64,000 nt of DNA, taken from assembly GCA_963817535.1 (NCBI GenBank), contig CAWFOW010000001.1, positions 28,225 to 92,224 of the forward strand. Reading direction: 5' to 3'. Origin of the DNA: an uncultured Alphaproteobacteria bacterium (GTDB lineage Bacteria > Pseudomonadota > Alphaproteobacteria > MPNO01 > DASWLB01). Below, one piece after another: positions 58,892-64,000 of the stretch (within the stretch, counting starts at the first letter, position 1; every line of letters begins with the position of its first letter). The notes below the pieces were generated by a model that worked only from the letters and a program-made list of their open reading frames with translations, was not told the DNA's origin and did not search any database. The position numbers and the translations under genes are program-made.

Positions 58892-60171
58892 GGGCGGCCG
58901 ACCATAAGCTTCTGTCGCAGACCGGACCCGGCACGCCGATGGGCAATCTGCTGCGGCGCTACTGGACGGCGGCGCTTCTGTCGCGCGAGTTGCCGGAACC
59001 GGACGGCGCGCCGGTGCGCGTGCGCATCCTGGGCGAGAACCTTGTGGCGTTCCGCGATACCAACGGACAGGTGGGGCTTCTCGCTGAGCATTGCTGCCAT
59101 CGCGGCGCCTCGCTCTATTACGGCGAGAATGCCGCGTGCGGGCTGCGCTGCTGGTATCACGGCTGGAAGTACGACGTGGACGGCAACTGCGTCGACATGC
59201 CGAACGAACCGCCGGATCGCCAGTTCAAGGAAAAGGTCAAGCACATTGCCTATCCGTGCGTGGAGAAGGCGGGCGTCGTCTGGGCCTATCTGGGCCCGCC
59301 CGACACGATGCCCGAACTGCCGGCGCTGGAATGGCTGACCGTGCCGGAAAGCCACGTCTACGTGTCCAAGCGCCAGCAGCAATGCCACTGGACGCAGGGC
59401 ATGGACGGCGACATCGACGGGGCGCACCTGTCCTTTCTGCATTTCCGTACGGTGGACAAGGCGCTCGACCTGCAGGGCTCCCAGTCGATCGACTGGCTGC
59501 GCGACGACCTGCACCCGACCTTCCACATGAAGAAGACGCCGTCGCGGATCCTGCTCGCCACCCGCCGCAAGGCGGGCGATGACCAGTACTACTACCGGAT
59601 CAACCAGTGGTTCATCCCCGGCTATACCACCATCCCGCTTCCGGGCGACGGCACGCTGGCCGGACATAGCTGGGTGCCGGTCGATGACGAGCGGAGCTGG
59701 ACCTTCACCTGGTCATGGCACCCGAAGCGCCCCCTGACCGACGAGGAGCGCGACCTGTTCGCCAATGCCAAGGTCTCGGTGCACGCGCAGCTCATTCCCG
59801 GCACGTTCACGCCGGTGCACAACGCCTCGAACGAGTATGCCGGCCCGGACGCGCCACCCGCGCGTCAGCCCTGGATGCGGATAAGGAACTTCCAGGACCA
59901 GGACATGTGCATCACCGAGTCGATGGGCACGCTGTTCGACCGCACGAAGGAGACGCTGGGCTCGACCGACGTGGTGATTGTCGCGGTGCGGCGCACCTTG
60001 ATCGAGGCCGCGCGCGCGCTCGCCAAGGGCAAAACGCCGCCGGGCCTCGAGCCGCGCGACTACGCGCTGCGCCCGTTCTCGGCGCTGCTCCCGCGCGACG
60101 TCGATGACTGGCAGGCGGCGGTCGGTGACGCCCTCGAGACGCGACCGGAGACGTTCCGCTTTTCGGTTTAG
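58888..60171 (+). CDS. Rieske non-heme iron oxygenase alpha subunit (phthalate 4,5-dioxygenase/LigX-like group)
   Basis: GPGTPMG, CCHR...CWYHGWK, D..HLSFLH, QDQD. Confidence 0.9.
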   Translation: MRAADHKLLSQTGPGTPMGNLLRRYWTAALLSRELPEPDGAPVRVRILGENLVAFRDTNGQVGLLAEHCCHRGASLYYGENAACGLRCWYHGWKYDVDGNCVDMPNEPPDRQFKEKVKHIAYPCVEKAGVVWAYLGPPDTMPELPALEWLTVPESHVYVSKRQQQCHWTQGMDGDIDGAHLSFLHFRTVDKALDLQGSQSIDWLRDDLHPTFHMKKTPSRILLATRRKAGDDQYYYRINQWFIPGYTTIPLPGDGTLAGHSWVPVDDERSWTFTWSWHPKRPLTDEERDLFANAKVSVHAQLIPGTFTPVHNASNEYAGPDAPPARQPWMRIRNFQDQDMCITESMGTLFDRTKETLGSTDVVIVAVRRTLIEAARALAKGKTPPGLEPRDYALRPFSALLPRDVDDWQAAVGDALETRPETFRFSV

Positions 60172-60174
60172 GGG

Positions 60175-60684
60175 TTACACGGTTTCCGGCGAGACGGTCA
60201 TTCCCTCGTCGTCCATGGGGAAGCGGTCGCCGAAATCGAACGCGTCGTCGTGCTGGAACCCGTCGTAGTATAGGATCTCCCACCAGTTGTGGTCGAGGTC
60301 CTCGAAATAGAACGAGTACACCCCGTGCTGCAGCGAGGGGCTGTAGATCTTGCCGATCTTGTAGCTGTCCTTCAGCTCGTTGGCCTTCGCGAAGGCCTGA
60401 TCCACCTCCTCGCGGCTACGGACCTCCAGCCCCCAGTGCTGGTGCACGTGGGCGGGCTTCAGATGCTCGCCCGCCTGCACGGCGACGATGTGCCACTTCA
60501 TGCCGCAGCGCACGAAGATCGCGGGCTTGCCCTGGCGCACGCATTCGAGCCCGAGGAATTCTTCGTAGAAGCGACGCGACTCCTTCAGGCTGCGGCACTG
60601 CATGGTGCCGTGCGACATCAGCCAGGGCTTGATCACCGAGGACTTGTTGTTCGGTTCGAATACGGGTTCGGGAATCTCGGTCAT
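60175..60684 (-). CDS. VOC family protein
   Basis: SHGT, FYEEFLG, HWG, HGVYSFYFEDLDHNWWE. Confidence 0.8.
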   Translation of the reverse strand: MTEIPEPVFEPNNKSSVIKPWLMSHGTMQCRSLKESRRFYEEFLGLECVRQGKPAIFVRCGMKWHIVAVQAGEHLKPAHVHQHWGLEVRSREEVDQAFAKANELKDSYKIGKIYSPSLQHGVYSFYFEDLDHNWWEILYYDGFQHDDAFDFGDRFPMDDEGMTVSPETV

Positions 60685-60685
60685 A

Positions 60686-61735
60686 TCAACCTCCCTGTTG
60701 TGGCGCGCCGGCAAGCTCGGCTTCGGTGAGGAACGAATCCGCGAAGAACTCCGTGCCGGGCAGCCCACATGCGTTGGCGAAATCGCGCCGCGCCGCCTCG
60801 ACCATCGCCGGCGTGCCCGATGCATAGACCTGGTGACCCGCGAGATCGGGGAAATCTTCCATCACCGCGCGATGAACGAGGCCGGTGCGCCCGGTCCATC
60901 CGTCGTTCGGCGCCGGATCGGAGAGCACCGGCACGAAGTGGAAGTTGGGTGCCTCGTCGGCCCAGCGCTCGGGCAGGTCGGCCATGTAGAGATCGGCACG
61001 CGCCCGGCAGCCCCAATACAGCGTCATGGGCCGCGCGATGCGCCGCTTCAGCGCGTACTCGACGATCGCCTTGATCGGCGCGAAACCTGTGCCGCCGGCG
61101 AGCAGCACGATCGGCTTGTCGGACTCCTCGCGCAGGTAGAACGTGCCGAGCGGTCCTTCGAACCGCAGGATCTCGCCAATTTTCAGCGTGCCGAACACGC
61201 GATCGGTGAACGCGCCGCCCGGCGTGTGGCGGACATGCAGGTCGATGTCCATCAGCGAGCCTTCGAGGTCGGGCGCTGTGGCGATGGAATAGCTGCGCCT
61301 CTTGCCGTCCGGCAGCAGGAAGTCGACGTACTGGCCGGCGGCGAACAGCATGTTGTCGTTGTAGGGAAGGCGCAGCCCGATCACCGCGACGTCGGGCGCC
61401 GGTCGCTCGATGCGCTTTACCCGGCACGGCACAAGCCGCGGCTGGGACAGGTGCAATGTCAGTTCGTGCGCCTCGATCACCAGGTCCGAGAGCGGCACGG
61501 CCTGGCACAGGAGGGCGTATCCGGCGGCCCGGCTTGCCGCATCCAAATGGTGCTCGTTGATCTTGCCGTATTCGACGCGCCCGTCGAGGACGCGCGCCTT
61601 GCAGGTGGTGCAGGATCCGGCGCGGCAGCTATAGGCGAGGTTGCGCCCGGCGGTGAGGGCGGCGGCGAGCACTGTCTTGCCCTCCGCCACCTCGAATTCG
61701 TGCCCACCCGGGCGCAAGATCACTCGATAGCCCAT
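60686..61735 (-). CDS. [2Fe-2S]-FAD-NAD(P)H oxidoreductase (oxygenase reductase component)
   Basis: CRAGSCTTC...LLCQ, RSYSIA, GGTGFAP. Confidence 0.9.
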   Translation of the reverse strand: MGYRVILRPGGHEFEVAEGKTVLAAALTAGRNLAYSCRAGSCTTCKARVLDGRVEYGKINEHHLDAASRAAGYALLCQAVPLSDLVIEAHELTLHLSQPRLVPCRVKRIERPAPDVAVIGLRLPYNDNMLFAAGQYVDFLLPDGKRRSYSIATAPDLEGSLMDIDLHVRHTPGGAFTDRVFGTLKIGEILRFEGPLGTFYLREESDKPIVLLAGGTGFAPIKAIVEYALKRRIARPMTLYWGCRARADLYMADLPERWADEAPNFHFVPVLSDPAPNDGWTGRTGLVHRAVMEDFPDLAGHQVYASGTPAMVEAARRDFANACGLPGTEFFADSFLTEAELAGAPQQGG

Positions 61736-61760
61736 CGCCCCTCCGGACGAACTGGCGCTG

Positions 61761-62828
61761 CTACTCCTTGTCCCAGTCGCGCAGCGTGTCGATGTGGCGC
61801 GCCCGCAGCTCGTCCATGTAGGCGCCCAGCAACCTGCGCCCGGGCAGGCCGCGCTTCTCGGCGCTGTCGGCCCACGCCGTCGCGAGGTTCGGCAGGGCCA
61901 TCGCCCATTTCTTGCGCTCGTCGTGCGGCAGGTTCGAGAAGGAAACGCCCTTCTTCATCATCATCCCCTTGAACATGCCGGTGCGCGCGTCCTCCAGCTT
62001 GGCGTAGCGCGGGCCGTACTCGGCCGAGACGTCGCGCACGATCTTCTGCACCCAGTCGGGCAGCGCATCCATCGCCTGCTTGTTCACGCTGACCGTCGGC
62101 GAAATCGTCGCCGCGAACCCGATGTCGGAAACGTTCTTCATCACCTCCTGCAGCCGGAAGGGGAAGGCGAGCGAGGTGGAGATCACGTAGCCTTCGTAGA
62201 CGCCGTTCCGAATGTCGTTGTAGGCGTTGAACATCAGGGCATTGACGGCGACCGCACCGGTATTGTGCAGGTAGTTGGCATAGGAACCGCTGGCGCCGAT
62301 CTTGTGGCCCTTGATGTCGGCCATCGTGTGGACGGGGAAGGTGGTGAAGAGCTGCAGCCCGGCATTCGCCGCCGAGGACAGGCGGTACTGCTTGTGGCTC
62401 GCCCACATCTTCTCCATTTCCGGTGTGGACGTGCGGAGCTTCGCGTCGATGGCCGACGCGGTCTGCGAATCCTCCGGCCCGAACGGCACGGCGCGCGTGT
62501 ACTGCTCGAGCGGCAGCTTGGCCTCCTCGAAATTGGTGAATTGCAGGCCGTACTGGGCGATGTTCTCCTCGACGGTCTCGAACACCTCGGGGAACTTGGC
62601 GAGCGACTGGGCGTAGGCCTCGACCCATTCGATCTTGAAGTCCTTGTTCGCCGCCGCGATGCGCTTGTTGATCTCGGGGATGATGTATTCGTGCACCACC
62701 TTGAGCGGCAGCTGGACCGGCGGCGAGCCGGCGACGGCGGTCCACTTGACGGTGGCGGCCGGGGCGTCGGCGGCAAAGGCGGTGACAAGCCCGGCAACCA
62801 GCGCGGCGAGGGCGATCCGGTGTCTCAT
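61761..62828 (-). CDS. dctP: TRAP substrate-binding protein (DctP-like)
   Basis: Signal peptide; ADIKGHKI, VNKQAMDALPD. Confidence 0.75.
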   Translation of the reverse strand: MRHRIALAALVAGLVTAFAADAPAATVKWTAVAGSPPVQLPLKVVHEYIIPEINKRIAAANKDFKIEWVEAYAQSLAKFPEVFETVEENIAQYGLQFTNFEEAKLPLEQYTRAVPFGPEDSQTASAIDAKLRTSTPEMEKMWASHKQYRLSSAANAGLQLFTTFPVHTMADIKGHKIGASGSYANYLHNTGAVAVNALMFNAYNDIRNGVYEGYVISTSLAFPFRLQEVMKNVSDIGFAATISPTVSVNKQAMDALPDWVQKIVRDVSAEYGPRYAKLEDARTGMFKGMMMKKGVSFSNLPHDERKKWAMALPNLATAWADSAEKRGLPGRRLLGAYMDELRARHIDTLRDWDKE

Positions 62829-62879
62829 GGCGTTCCTCCCAAAAATCGTCTCTTGTTCGGTTGCGGCAATCGGCGCCCG

Positions 62880-63620
62880 TTACAGCGGCACGCCATCCAT
62901 CGCCACTTTGCGTTCGTAGTAGTCCCACAGAAGCCGCGCGCCGTAGTCGCCGCGGCGCTCGGCCGCAAGCTGGTCCCAGGCCTCCTTGGGGAAGGCTTTG
63001 ACCCCGCCCAGCGGCTGGGCGTCGATCTGGTATTGCGCGTTCTCCTCGATGAAGGTGCAGGCGGCCAACGCCGTTTCGGCGGACGGACCAACCACCACCG
63101 ATCCATGGCCGCGCATCTGACACGCGACGCTGCTGCCCAGCGCCTGCGACAGCGACGCGGCGGACGTGTCGTCCAGCACCATCAGCGGGGTGTCCCAGGT
63201 CGGGATGCCGCCGGCGAGGATCGAGCCCTGCGAATAGCACGGCACGATGTCGTGGCCGGCGATGCCCAAAAGCGTCGAGGCGCGCGCGTGCAGATGCGCG
63301 ACGCATAAGGCGTCCGGCCTGTCGCGGTGGATCTGTGTATGGATGCGCCATTCCGCCGGGGTCTGAATCGGCCGGTCGCCGCCCGGATGGTTGAGCAGTG
63401 TGCCGCCGATGTCGAACACGAAGATCTGGTCCATCCGGCAGGTGGTTTTTTCGATGCCGGCGCCGGGGGTGATCAGGACGATGTCGGTGTCGGGCACGCG
63501 CAGCGACACGTGTCCGAACAGCCCGATCGCGCCCTGCTGACCGAGAATCCGACACATGATGGCGAGCTTCCGGCGCAGCGCCAGCTCTTGATCGGAAATT
63601 GTACGCTTCTCGTTGGCCAA
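62880..63620 (-). CDS. Class II aldolase/adducin family protein
   Basis: TTG after AAGGAGG; GHVSLR, EWRIH..IH, HLH, MRGHG. Confidence 0.85.
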   Translation of the reverse strand: MANEKRTISDQELALRRKLAIMCRILGQQGAIGLFGHVSLRVPDTDIVLITPGAGIEKTTCRMDQIFVFDIGGTLLNHPGGDRPIQTPAEWRIHTQIHRDRPDALCVAHLHARASTLLGIAGHDIVPCYSQGSILAGGIPTWDTPLMVLDDTSAASLSQALGSSVACQMRGHGSVVVGPSAETALAACTFIEENAQYQIDAQPLGGVKAFPKEAWDQLAAERRGDYGARLLWDYYERKVAMDGVPL

Positions 63621-63802
63621 CGCTGCCTCCTTGCGCAAATCGTGTGTTGTTGGCTCTATCCTCTGCCAAGCTGGCCCGCCGTGCAATTTTGAAATCCGCA
63701 GTATGTGCGAATTTTTTCGGCCGAAGCTTGCCAAGATGATGGGCGAATGACAAACTTTCGTGCGTGACTTGCGCCAGCATTTGCGCGTGAGGGCCTGTTT
63801 GC

Positions 63803-64000
63803 ATGATGCCGGAAGACCACAAGCTTCTGTCGGAGACGGGCAGGGGGACGCCGATGGGCGAACTGCTGCGGCGCTTCTGGATGCCGGCTCTGCTGTCGCG
63901 CGAGCTGCCGAAGCCGGACGGCGCGCCGGTGCGGGTCAGGCTGTTGGGCGAGGACCTGGTGGCGTTCCGCGACACGCGTGGCCGGGTCGGGCTGCTGCGC
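63803..64000 (+). CDS. Second Rieske oxygenase alpha subunit, 5' part only
   Basis: MMPEDHKLLSETGRGTPMGELLRRFW...LGEDLVAFRD, closely similar to the N-terminus of 58888..60171; runs off the window. Confidence 0.85.
   Translation, partial: MMPEDHKLLSETGRGTPMGELLRRFWMPALLSRELPKPDGAPVRVRLLGEDLVAFRDTRGRVGLLR

Noticed and set aside
61720-63975. 751-aa minus-strand ORF
   Set aside because: Off-frame read across the dctP and aldolase genes, with no recognisable motifs.

Overview
High-GC (by eye), probably alphaproteobacterial chromosomal DNA. I saw no rRNA, tRNA, CRISPR array, transposase or integrase. From left to right: (1) a three-gene minus-strand RiPP-like operon (6048->2026). It encodes a 144-aa precursor with nine C-x3/4-(T/S) units and a C-terminal coiled-coil follower, a stand-alone RRE + HopA1-like (LanY-type) putative lyase, and an RRE + Ser/Thr kinase + LanC cyclase fusion with no lyase domain. 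This looks like a split lanthipeptide synthetase that fits none of classes I-V cleanly and is the top candidate for an undescribed system. (2) Lipase, flavin monooxygenase, MFS, hydantoinase A/B, a FecR-RTX protein, a Bax-like glucosaminidase, an epimerase and DctP. (3) A cupin-pair + AAA ATPase operon. (4) A CHASE2 kinase / FecR / TpsB module. (5) A catabolic island with three copies of an unusual two-subunit 3-hydroxyanthranilate-dioxygenase-like cupin-rubredoxin pair, two Rieske ferredoxins, two M24 enzymes lacking most metal ligands, a flavin monooxygenase, a dienelactone hydrolase and a NitT/TauT ABC system; this is the second candidate novel system. (6) A sigma54/NtrC-type urtABCDE-ureDABCEFG operon with a frameshifted urtA. 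(7) Aromatic catabolic genes, including two Rieske oxygenase alpha subunits and a reductase. All family assignments come from motif recognition by eye, not from database searches.
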